A stretch of DNA of 62,934 nucleotides, filler included, from Stramenopiles sp. TOSAG23-2 (lineage: Eukaryota), in assembly GCA_900128395.1 (NCBI GenBank). It is 17 parts of 17 records of this genome, joined end to end, with 100 filler letters (N's around TTAATTAATTAA, not from the genome) between each part and the next. Parts side by side here need not be neighbours in the genome. Positions count along the whole stretch, not along the records: positions 1 to 3,788 come from LT651101.1; positions 3,889 to 7,673 come from LT651102.1; positions 7,774 to 11,556 come from LT651103.1; 14 more parts are not named here. One strand, given 5' to 3'. The notes under the pieces were generated by a model that searched no databases, had not been told where the DNA came from, and was given only the letters and a program-made list of their open reading frames with translations. Positions 1-10,112 of this stretch are shown here, piece after piece. The first letter of the stretch is position 1. Each line of letters begins with the position of its first letter. A program made the translations under genes and the position numbers.

Positions 1-732
1 TTCTTCCCACCATGGTTCATTATATAATATATCAATCAATGAATTCATACCATCGATGAGATATTGATATTTACGTTGCACTTGTATCGTTTCATGTTGT
101 TCATGTTCATTGTTATCATTATAATATGGTATATATTCCATTTGATTTAAATTTGTATTGATTAAATGTTGTGTTGTTATGTTTTCATTATTATTCAATG
201 ATGTTTTTAAATTTGTAATTGTCTTTGTACGATTGTTTTGTATTGTATTATTATTATTATTATTATTAGTCGGTTGTTGTTGATTTATTTGCATATTGTG
301 GATATTATTATGATTATTATTATTACTGGAAGCAATAATTAATGATAATGGTATTTCTAAAAAATTTAATGTACAATATAACTTCAATAATGAATCATTT
401 TGTACAATTTCATTTAAAAATTGTTCTAATAAAATTTGTCTTTCTTGTAAAAAATTTGGATCCATATTTGCAAAATATTTTTTACCAGGTAATTTCGGTG
501 GTTTTTTTATTTTCTTTATTTGTTGTGTATTATTATCATTATTGTTGTTGTTGGACAATGTATACTTTCGTATTTCTTTAATCGATTCTTTTAAAAATTG
601 ATAATATTGATAAAATTCTTGATATCGTCTTAAAATTGGTTTTTGTTGTATATTATTAATAATGGTAATAATTTTATATTTGACATGGTTCGATACACGT
701 ATGTATTTTTCAATCGTGATGGTAATAATCAT
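1..732 (-). CDS. PX (phox homology) domain protein, 3'-truncated
   Basis: Not in the ORF track because it runs off the edge. Open frame from ATG at 732: MIITITIEKYIRVSNHVKYKI...ILRRYQEFYQYYQFLK...PPKLPGKKYFANMDPNFLQERQILLEQFLNEIVQNDSLL...NFLE. The RRY.EF, PxLPxK and ER..LE.FL PX signatures are present, followed by Asn-rich sequence. Confidence 0.8.
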   Translation of the reverse strand, partial: MIITITIEKYIRVSNHVKYKIITIINNIQQKPILRRYQEFYQYYQFLKESIKEIRKYTLSNNNNNDNNTQQIKKIKKPPKLPGKKYFANMDPNFLQERQILLEQFLNEIVQNDSLLKLYCTLNFLEIPLSLIIASSNNNNHNNIHNMQINQQQPTNNNNNNNTIQNNRTKTITNLKTSLNNNENITTQHLINTNLNQMEYIPYYNDNNEHEQHETIQVQRKYQYLIDGMNSLIDILYNEPWWEE

Positions 733-2329
733 GGTTTGTTTGTTTGTTTTTGTCTGTCGTATTATCTATTAGCAATCTGAATGTCTCTTATATGATTTAA
801 TATTGATTCTACCATTTTACTATTTCACCATTCACACCTCCAACTCCCTAAGAAGTATTATTACTTAAAATATTAACTGTTTTTTTTGTCGTATTGAAAG
901 AATATTTTTTTATTTTTTTTTGTATTATTGGTGCTATTTTTATTTTGGTATACTCGATCCAACTTGTAAATTTAACTTTACAAGTTCCTTAAATATATTC
1001 AGAGATGAGTAGGGGCAACCCTTTTTCACACCAACTATATAGGTTTCCCTTTGCCCATAACAACAATTAACATTTAACATTTACTTTCTCTCAATCCGTT
1101 TAATTTTAGTTGCTGCATCGAACGCAGATAATGCTATACACATGCGATTTTAAAAATAATAGTGTATCGTCTTAAATAGTGACTTTACAAAAATCCACAA
1201 CATTTTGTCAAATGTGAAGGTTATATTATTATATGTGAAATAGATCATTTTATGGTTAGCGTGAAGAATAAAGAAGAAAATGAAGCAAGCAATTGGCAAA
1301 ATATTATTACATCTATATTTCATGATTTATCCATACAAATTATACGACGACATAAATTTTTCATACGTAAACCAGTATTGGAAAATGTCAATAATGAGAA
1401 TAATGGCGATGAAGAGCAGGATGATGATAATAAGTCATCATCATCTAGAAAAATTGATATATATAGGGAATCACAACGAATACAAAAGTTTATCTCGATT
1501 CCATGTGTGGTTATTATTGGTAAAATGCCAATAAAAGTGAAGAAAAAGAAGAAGAAACGGTGAAAAATGAACCAAGAATTCATGGAACATGAACGGACTA
1601 ACATGTACCGTTTGACAAAATATAATACAATAATATGATTACGTACGTTACACAGTATTTAAAGTATTTTTAGAGTACGATGAAAAAAACATGAGATGTT
1701 TTTTTCAAACCACATGTATAAAATATAACGTAGAAGTGAGAAATACTTAGCACTTTAACCGGACACAGGAAAGAAATATTGAGAGATGAGAGATCACGCG
1801 ACGAGCGAGTGGTTTTTCCGGGTTGTTGTTTTTAAATTTTTTTTAAATATTTTTTTACGCGAAACCTCCGTAATTTTTAATTTATTTTTTATAAAAATTG
1901 CTCGTATTTTAAAATTTTTAAAATATTGTTTTTAAATTTTAAATATTGCGTTTGTGTGTGTGTAATGCGTTGTACGCTTCTCGCTTCTCGGTAGAAAAAA
2001 TGTTTTGTATAAAATTCAGATTGTCAAGATTGCCAGGATGCCAGGATTGCACACAAAAAAATAAAAAATATTTTTTTTTGAAATTTTAATTTTTTATAAA
2101 TGAAGTTCACAACAAACGAAAACCTCATCATCTCCACTCTCTCTCTCTGCTCATTTTAAACATTTTTTTAAAAATTTTATATTTTCTGTGTGTGTGTTGA
2201 TCCACGAAATCATATACACCACCTTCTTTATTCGTTAATTTAATATTTTAAATTGGTGTAATGTATACGTAATGGTGTAATGTATATACGTAATACGTAC
2301 GTACATATATATATATATTTAGTCCCAAC

Positions 2330-3342
2330 TTATTCATCTTCACCTTCTTCAACAACTTTTTCTTCTTCTTTCATTTCAATTGGTGCATTTGTTTTTTCAA
2401 TCGCTGCTAATTCATTTGGATTTACACTAGCTTTTTCCAAATTTCTAAAAAGAATTATTATTATTATTAGTAGTAGTAGTAGACGTATATAATGTTAGAA
2501 GAAATGTACAATATATATACGATAGAAAGATAAAACTTACAATCCTTGCCATACTAAATCAGTTGCATCTTCTTCTTCTGCATCTTCTTTTACGATTTCA
2601 ACATATTCACCTTTTTGTTGATTACCATTTTTAAAATAATACATACCTTTACCAAATGGATTGCCATTTTTAAAATTACCATGCCATGATGAACCATCTT
2701 TATAAATCCAACGTCCGGTTTTTAAATTATTCATATCCCATGTACCAACTAATTGCGAATCATTTGCAGCAAATAAATATGTACCATTACCATTTTTTTT
2801 ACCATTGGTCCATTGTCCAGAATAAATATCACCATTTTTATATTTATAACTACCATCGCCATTTGATTTGTTATTTTTAAATTGTCCATAATATGCATCA
2901 CCATTTGCATATATCATTGCACCTGTTCCACTCTGTTATTGTATTTTGTTCGGGGAATATGATTATTATTATTATTGTTTTTGTTTTTGTTGTTGTTAGT
3001 TTGTGTTTTGTTTTTTTTTTAATGTATAGATAGATAGATAGATATGTTGTTAATAACTATATTGCATACTTTTTTACCATTTAACCATTGACCTTCATAA
3101 ACAGTACGTGGTGCATCTTCTGCACCTTCTTCTTCATCATCGCCATCTTCTTTTGGTTCTGATGGATATGTATATTTACCTAAACCATGTTTTTCTTTTA
3201 AATCATTGACTTGGCCTTCATATATTGCACCAGATGGATATGTAATTTTACATTTTCCAGCACGTTTTAACCATGTAGTTGTTTCTTGTTCGCCATCCAT
3301 ATATTCATATGTTATTGCTGGTGTTTCCTCATCGTCTGCCAT
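2330..3342 (-). CDS. RSPH1: MORN-repeat protein, radial spoke head 1-like; exons 3070-3342, 2541-2932, 2330-2444
   Basis: Repeated YxGxWxNGKxxGxGxYxY MORN units. Two GT-AG introns (GTATGC...CAG at 2933-3069; GTAAGT...TAG at 2445-2540) join ORF-track pieces 3019..3342 and 2537..2917 in frame to an acidic tail and TAA. Confidence 0.75.
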
Positions 3343-3788
3343 TGTTTGTTATAATAAAGTTTTAGTTTTGTTATGAAATGATGTATTACTATATATATAT
3401 ATATCTTGTATTGTATATATTTAATCGTTGTCTGTCTGTCTTTATCTTTCCGTCTGTGTAAATGTATAAATGTGTACAATATATATATATATATATATAT
3501 ATTTACATGTGCTGATAAAACTGTTGATGATGGTGTGTCTATGCTATTGTTGCAAGATAGTCCGTTGCATATTTTATTGTAATGTGGATAAATAATATGA
3601 TGTGATGTAACGATCATCTCATGATAGGATCTGTCATTATTTATTGATCATGGTGTGGTGGTGTGGTGGTGTAATTGATGGTGGTGCTGTGATGCTAGTA
3701 ATTGATGGTGATGATGTGATGGTAGTAAATGATGGTGAATGCTGATGATTATTATGATGATGATGTGACAAACCAACAAACGAAAAGA

Positions 3789-3888
3789 NNNNNNNNNNNN
3801 NNNNNNNNNNNNNNNNNNNNNNNNNNNNNNNNTTAATTAATTAANNNNNNNNNNNNNNNNNNNNNNNNNNNNNNNNNNNNNNNNNNNN
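3789..3888. other. Artificial contig spacer N44-TTAATTAATTAA-N44 (first of 16)
   Basis: Identical 100-nt spacer with stops in all six frames, starting at 3789, 7674, 11557, 15439, 19317, 23191, 27065, 30937, 34797, 38649, 42500, 46349, 50195, 54038, 57881 and 61721. Intervening contigs decrease in length from 3785 to 3740 nt. Confidence 0.98.
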
Positions 3889-4265
3889 AAATTTAATGCC
3901 AGAAATTCTGCTATCCCTAATTTCTGAAAACAAGAAATGTCAAAATTATTTTGCCAATTGATAGGAAAAATGGTATACTAGTGGAGCCTAAGTTTAAAAA
4001 GGTATTTTCAATATTTTTCCTCTGTTTTCTTGTAATGAAATGAAAAATCCATCATCATAACAATGAAATTGAAGAATTTAGGTTGAAAATGTTGAAAATG
4101 ATGAAATATGATGAAAAATATGCGAGTTGTAATGGTACATAATTTATATTAGTATTATACTATTATATGTATTGTATGTCATGCTTGCTTGTATAACTTT
4201 TTGTTACAAATATATTATAAATATATATACTAAAATATAATTTAATAAATTACTACCCCACAACT

Positions 4266-7154
4266 TCATTTTATATTATTCTTCACATGAAACTCGCGAT
4301 AACTCTCTTCTATACTCGTATACCCAGCGCCAAAGACTGAAGTGGCTATTCGCGAGAAACCAATATAATTATCAGCAGATAAAACGATCAAAACAAAAAT
4401 AGTCAAGGTAAAAAAACCAACAGTAGGATTGTGTGCAATTCCTGCTAAACTGTTTGCACCATTTGCTACTTTCTGTAATTTAGCATTTATTTTGTCAAGG
4501 TTCAATAATTGATTACCATATGTCTGGCTTAAAACATCATAGACAGCATCGTTATGATGAACACCATCTAAGGACAATCGCTTTCCGGCTGCATTATTTG
4601 TTATTTGATCAGCTTGTAAAACAAAATCGACTCCATTCATCACAGTAGATGCTTTTGTGGCATCCAATACACGTTGATAGCGAGCTGCTGTCATATTCTC
4701 CTTTCGTTCAGGATTTAAATGTAGTGGTTCAATTTTCGGAGGGAGCATCCAACCAATAACAGCCTGAGGACAACGCATCCTGAAATCTCGAATAGTAGAT
4801 TTTAAACCATCCAACCCATATTTTAGGGAATATTTACGATCTTCAGGATCCCAACGTACGTGCCATGCACCTATAGACACTAAAAGATAGTGTTTTTTAT
4901 TTTTTGAACATTTTATTTTGCTATTTTCAAAAAACCATTTATGAACATTGCTTGCCATCGGACGCCAATAAAAATTAATATCGATCCCTTCATGTGAATG
5001 TCCTTTAAGACTTGTTAATTTATCTTTGTGCCTATCAGCTTCAGAGAAAGGAATTTCATGACCCACTAATCTTCCAACACCTTGCGTCATTTTACGAGCA
5101 AGAGAATCTCCAACAATTGAAATGACTGATTCTTCAAAATACTTATGCCAAAATTTATTTGGTTTTGGTGCATAATGTGTAATGGGACGCATAGCTGGAC
5201 ATGCTTCCAAAACTTTTGGATAATGTGTATTTTTCCTTGCAAATTGAAAGTGATATTGATTTGCATCAATCTTGAAACACATATTACCATGATATTCATC
5301 TATAGCCTTTTCACAGTCCTCCGTCGATGCCGCAAACGTCCATGCACCTGTACCCATGGCAGTCGTACAATCTCTCAGCTTTGATTTATGATGTGCAGAG
5401 TAAAGATCAAATCCATTATTATGTTCGTTACTATTTGCTAAGTAAAAAAGAAACATTCCAAATACATATGTTCCAGCGCTTAAACCTATCATCTTTCCTC
5501 CAAACACATTAGATATCCTCTCATTACCTTCATTCTGTAATTCAACACTCGTTGAAATCGTCGAATCTACTGCTTCTAATTGATTGCTGATCCCATCTTT
5601 ATTGGCTTCTTTTGCTTTTTGTATCGAAGCTTGAAAATAATTATACACAACACTTGCTCCTGCCATACTTGTCCATATAATCATAAGTATTTTTGTCGTC
5701 ATTGCGTGGCGATTAAGACTCATAATGCAAAATGCTATCATGTAACAAATTCCAAAACCAACGAAAAGGTAAAGCAAGTTTTTAAATGCTTCATTTTTAT
5801 TATTTGGTATCAACATAGCACGCAAACCAATAGTTATACGAAACATTCTAAATGATATATATATGTAAATAGCTGTAGTAATAACCATATTAATTAATGG
5901 ATAACCAGGTATTAAAATAAATCTGGATTTTGCATTATCAGCGAGCCATACATGATGCTGCAGTAAATATGTCTCCAATGTTATCTTTCCCATTTGAGCT
6001 AATAAATTTGAATGATACATCCGTCCATAGCTCGATATGTTACGTAACAAAATATAAAACAGCAACGGAATCCAAAAGAAATATGGATGCATTTGATTAT
6101 ATTGCAATTTAGGCAAAAAAAAGATATTTTTCACCCACATTACAAAGCCGATAAGCAAAGGTATCAACAAAAAACATTTAATTAACATATTTGTCGATTT
6201 TTGAAGTTTCTCAACACGTGCCGTCCATGTAACAAGCAATGGAAAATTGATAGCAAATATCATACCAAACATCGCACTATAATGGTCTAAACCAGATCTA
6301 AAATGCCATTCATGCCTAGTACCAGATTGAGCACCAACAATTTGTTCCGTCGAAAGAAATGACCATACCAAATTGAAAATAGCTGGAAATTCCCAAATGA
6401 CATATACCAAAAGTCCAAAGCAAATCAATTTTAATCGTAATATAAATTGTGACGTATGGTTTGATTCTTTCTGTATACGCATAACTACGAAAGTTGTAAG
6501 GAAATAAAACGTATGCAAAGGACATATATAATATAATATATATGTGTTATCTAATATTACGCAAAGCAAAAAGACAAAAAAATTCAGTCTCCACATCATT
6601 TGTAAAAATCGAATAATTCCAAAATCTTGCTTAATGTAAAAAAAAGAAACGTTCCCAAATCCAGTCATCCATACATAACAACTTATGAATATACGAATGG
6701 CATTATAAACTTCCTTTTCATGGAAATAGTGATATGCTAAAAATAAATATTGCATCCACCCTTTCCATTCTTCGGTCTGGTCACGATTCAGCACGGTGTT
6801 AATATCATTTTTATTACGTTTAAAAGTAAGTAATGCACATATTGTAAATATTGCAAATAATGTCCAAAATAACGTTTTCGTACCAAAACGTTGTTCATGT
6901 GGCGTATATGGCATATTTTCACACCACCATATGTACAACATAATAAATCCACATTCAACTAACATCTGCAACAATTGTCGCACGGATTCTGTTGTCATAC
7001 TAAGTTTCGCTACATGTTTACTTTTATTCTTTTTTGGAGACCCATTTTTTCTTTTTTTCTCTTTATTATTACTGTCGTATACAAATAATAAATGTACAAG
7101 CAAAGAGATGGAAAAAAATATTAATGAGGCTACACTTCCAACTTGTTTCATCAT
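4266..7154 (-). CDS. CAS1/RWA-family (Cas1_AcylT) O-acetyltransferase with C-terminal SGNH/PC-esterase-like domain
   Basis: LNRDQTEEWKGWMQYLFLAYHYF, YNAIRIFISCYVWMTGFGN, YYICPLHT, EWHFRSGLD and GKITLETYLLQHHVW match the RWA/CASD1 transmembrane domain. The later IVGDSLARK...SLDGVH is a GDS/DxxH esterase motif. Confidence 0.9.
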   Translation of the reverse strand: MMKQVGSVASLIFFSISLLVHLLFVYDSNNKEKKRKNGSPKKNKSKHVAKLSMTTESVRQLLQMLVECGFIMLYIWWCENMPYTPHEQRFGTKTLFWTLFAIFTICALLTFKRNKNDINTVLNRDQTEEWKGWMQYLFLAYHYFHEKEVYNAIRIFISCYVWMTGFGNVSFFYIKQDFGIIRFLQMMWRLNFFVFLLCVILDNTYILYYICPLHTFYFLTTFVVMRIQKESNHTSQFILRLKLICFGLLVYVIWEFPAIFNLVWSFLSTEQIVGAQSGTRHEWHFRSGLDHYSAMFGMIFAINFPLLVTWTARVEKLQKSTNMLIKCFLLIPLLIGFVMWVKNIFFLPKLQYNQMHPYFFWIPLLFYILLRNISSYGRMYHSNLLAQMGKITLETYLLQHHVWLADNAKSRFILIPGYPLINMVITTAIYIYISFRMFRITIGLRAMLIPNNKNEAFKNLLYLFVGFGICYMIAFCIMSLNRHAMTTKILMIIWTSMAGASVVYNYFQASIQKAKEANKDGISNQLEAVDSTISTSVELQNEGNERISNVFGGKMIGLSAGTYVFGMFLFYLANSNEHNNGFDLYSAHHKSKLRDCTTAMGTGAWTFAASTEDCEKAIDEYHGNMCFKIDANQYHFQFARKNTHYPKVLEACPAMRPITHYAPKPNKFWHKYFEESVISIVGDSLARKMTQGVGRLVGHEIPFSEADRHKDKLTSLKGHSHEGIDINFYWRPMASNVHKWFFENSKIKCSKNKKHYLLVSIGAWHVRWDPEDRKYSLKYGLDGLKSTIRDFRMRCPQAVIGWMLPPKIEPLHLNPERKENMTAARYQRVLDATKASTVMNGVDFVLQADQITNNAAGKRLSLDGVHHNDAVYDVLSQTYGNQLLNLDKINAKLQKVANGANSLAGIAHNPTVGFFTLTIFVLIVLSADNYIGFSRIATSVFGAGYTSIEESYREFHVKNNIK

Positions 7155-7773
7155 GACAATAAGTATGATAATGAGTGTTTATGATATGATATATTCATAT
7201 ACTTACGTATATATTGATGTATATATAAATATATTATATTCCATTAACGATAAATATGAAAGGAGTTTCTTTTATCGTTTGATATTTTCCTATGGTATTA
7301 TATATTTACCTCATCATATATACATGTATATGAATACCTGGAATACATTTATTTCTTCTTAAATTATTGGTGGTGGTGGTGGTGTGTTAGTCTGCGTCGT
7401 CCGTAGTGGTGTGTGTGTGGTGTGCACGTGTGGCCGGTGGGCATTCTTTAAGGTATTATACTATTAATACTGTAAAAAAGGAATAAGGGAATACCTCCTG
7501 TGTGTGTGTGGCCTGTTGTCAACAACAAAGCACAAATGTAAATGATACAATAAATATAAAGAAAGAGAAAGAGAGAATATATATCTATACAAAAAGATAC
7601 ATAATTCATACCAAAAAAAACCATAATAAACACAAATGGTATCAATAATAAAGGTACTGCGAACAAATAATGTNNNNNNNNNNNNNNNNNNNNNNNNNNN
7701 NNNNNNNNNNNNNNNNNTTAATTAATTAANNNNNNNNNNNNNNNNNNNNNNNNNNNNNNNNNNNNNNNNNNNN

Positions 7774-7910
7774 AGAGCAAAAATTTCCTAGCGTATCGAC
7801 TGCGAATGGAACTATTGATGCATTAGAGCGAGAACCGTTAGCACGTGCATTTTCATGGCTTCTTTTGTACTTTTGTAATTTTAATTTTGAAGCTTGGAAA
7901 ATGCACCATA
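7774..7910 (-). mobile_element. Possible fragment of a restriction-like endonuclease from a non-LTR retrotransposon
   Basis: Minus frame reads FQASKLKLQKYKRSHENARANGSRSNASIVPFAVDTLGNFCS up to the contig end, resembling the A...K..KY....PF.vE/Dt.G motif of CRE/R2-type RLE domains. Short and unverified. Confidence 0.3.
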
Positions 7911-8078
7911 ATAATTTATTTTTTTAATTTAGATCTCCACCATAAATTAAAACCAAATATTGGCGGTTGGCTATATTAAAATATATATGCATCCATGTTA
8001 TTTTTTCTCTCTCTCTCGTCTCTCCCAGCTCTCTGCTGAGTGTCGACTTTTTTCTCCCTCTGTTATTCGCCCTGTGGT

Positions 8079-10112
8079 TCATAAAGATATGACACCTAAC
8101 ACTTCCGGTTTACGACTTTGTACATTATATATTTGCAATGTTTTATGCCCCTCGTTTCTAGGATCAATTTTATATTTCTGATAAAAAAATCCATCTGGAT
8201 TAAATGCAGTTACAGGCCTTGTATGTATCATCGGTGTTTTATCTATTACAGCAACACCATTATAATTCAATAAATGTGGCCATACTAAATCTAAACACCA
8301 ACCAGATTTGATACGATCGGCATCTAAGGTTTTCCATACATGTTGCAGTGCATCTACGTGTAAACATGGCGCCATGATTTCTACAAAATTCGTAAATCTT
8401 AAGATATTACTTGGACGTTGTATTAAAATTTTATGTTCAACATTTAAATCCACAAGACTTGGTTGGCATAAATTCAATTTATATTTTTTTGCAATATGAA
8501 AAAACTCATTGATCGAATCTACACGAATTGACAAATCATCATCTGGCATCCATATATATTCATACTTTTTCCATGGTAAAATTTCATTTGATGATTTCAA
8601 TGCATGTCGTATTAATTGCCATTTTGGTCCTTGTCGTTTGATGAAATATGTCGATTCTGTTTTATACCTATTTTCTACAGTTTGATCATTTCCATAATAA
8701 ATAACACATACATCAAATTCACGGGATGTTGTTGTATACCAATTATGATCATGGTGCAATGAATTATCACCAGCACATACAATTATTAAATTATTCCTTT
8801 TTTTATTATTTAATACGTTATTGTTATTATTATTATTATTATTATTGATTGTAGTTGTAGTAGCAGTACTGTCAACGACACTGCTTCGCGTCGTCGTCGT
8901 AGTGGTAGTGGTAGTGCTACTCTCCTCAATATCGGCTTCTACTGCTTGAACATCTTCTATTGTTAATTTGATACCATCATTACAAAATGTTAACCATGTT
9001 TTCAAATCAACCGTACCTTCTTTAAATTTTCTAGCAAATATCGCTTTTCCTTCAATATAACCTTTATCAATCACATCTTGTGTCAAACTTGTAAATGCTT
9101 TTGGGTGTGCACCACCTTCACTCCAATCAACATATGTCACTTTTCTACGAATAATTCCATCACCACCATTCTCTGGTTCTTTTTCTGAATCAATTGCCCC
9201 AATAATAGCCATTAATGTTGGTAAGCATATTTCATCTGCCACTTTGACTTTGGAAAAATGTGGCCATACAGGACTTTTTAATAAATTTGGCAAATCAATA
9301 ATACATGCTTGTGCATGTTTACGTGTTAACATAACCCATGTATCGCATTTATATACACATTCTTTAGGAATCGCATTTCGATTTACAGCATTCATCATCA
9401 TTGTATCATATCCATCAACAGGCGTTTGATATGCTTTTAGCCAACTTTTTTCAGTTTCAAATAATAATTTAGATGCATTTTCAAAGGAACAAATTGGTAT
9501 ACAACTTTCAGATACATAACATAGTCGTTCCACGTCTATATCTATTAAAGCGATTTCAAATAATTTCAATAATGCACGTGTCACTTCAATTGCACCCCAA
9601 TTTGGTTTAAAATTTATAATTTGACCATTGTTATCCCTTATTAAATGTCTTTTTGCCCACTTTGTCTTCAATTTTTCTGGAAATTTTGCATGTATATAAA
9701 CATTTACGTTGTATTTGCTATTATTATTATTACTTTGTCGTATCCATTCTCTCCATATTTTTTCATGTGGTATATCTTCAACAACTAAAAAACACAATGC
9801 AATAGTAGGCTTTGAATTTTTGCTGGAAGATGAAGATGATGATATGCTTGATTGCAATAGTAACGTCTTTTCTTTTCGTAACTGACGTAATTGCTTCACT
9901 TGTGGCGTTGCGTATTTTTCTTCATCGTTATTATTTTGTTTTCGTTGTTCTTTTTCTAACATTTTCTTTCTTTGTTTTGGATCACGTCTTCTACGTTTGT
10001 GTTTTGAATGTTTTGCTAATAATCCAGAAAATAAATCATTGGATTTGTTGTTGTTGTTGTTGTTGCTATTTCCACCATTTCTATTGGGTCCATCATATCT
10101 TCTTTTTGGCAT
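8079..10112 (-). CDS. Core-2/I-branching (GT14-like, DUF266) glycosyltransferase fused to DUF707
   Basis: N-half IALCFLV..IPHEKIWREW..VYIHAK..WGAIEV..A...L...AL..VSESCIPICSF..ADE..TYVDW..HPK..FARKF. C-half FDVCVIYYG..GPKW..YEYIWMPDDDL..LCQPSL..FVEIMAP..GWCLDLVW..VAVID.TPMIHT. Confidence 0.85.
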   Translation of the reverse strand: MPKRRYDGPNRNGGNSNNNNNNKSNDLFSGLLAKHSKHKRRRRDPKQRKKMLEKEQRKQNNNDEEKYATPQVKQLRQLRKEKTLLLQSSISSSSSSSKNSKPTIALCFLVVEDIPHEKIWREWIRQSNNNNSKYNVNVYIHAKFPEKLKTKWAKRHLIRDNNGQIINFKPNWGAIEVTRALLKLFEIALIDIDVERLCYVSESCIPICSFENASKLLFETEKSWLKAYQTPVDGYDTMMMNAVNRNAIPKECVYKCDTWVMLTRKHAQACIIDLPNLLKSPVWPHFSKVKVADEICLPTLMAIIGAIDSEKEPENGGDGIIRRKVTYVDWSEGGAHPKAFTSLTQDVIDKGYIEGKAIFARKFKEGTVDLKTWLTFCNDGIKLTIEDVQAVEADIEESSTTTTTTTTTRSSVVDSTATTTTINNNNNNNNNNVLNNKKRNNLIIVCAGDNSLHHDHNWYTTTSREFDVCVIYYGNDQTVENRYKTESTYFIKRQGPKWQLIRHALKSSNEILPWKKYEYIWMPDDDLSIRVDSINEFFHIAKKYKLNLCQPSLVDLNVEHKILIQRPSNILRFTNFVEIMAPCLHVDALQHVWKTLDADRIKSGWCLDLVWPHLLNYNGVAVIDKTPMIHTRPVTAFNPDGFFYQKYKIDPRNEGHKTLQIYNVQSRKPEVLGVISL

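Noticed and set aside
4266-7154. 'Cas1' domain name suggesting CRISPR
   Set aside because: This is the capsule-synthesis Cas1p acetyltransferase family; no CRISPR array or cas genes are visible.
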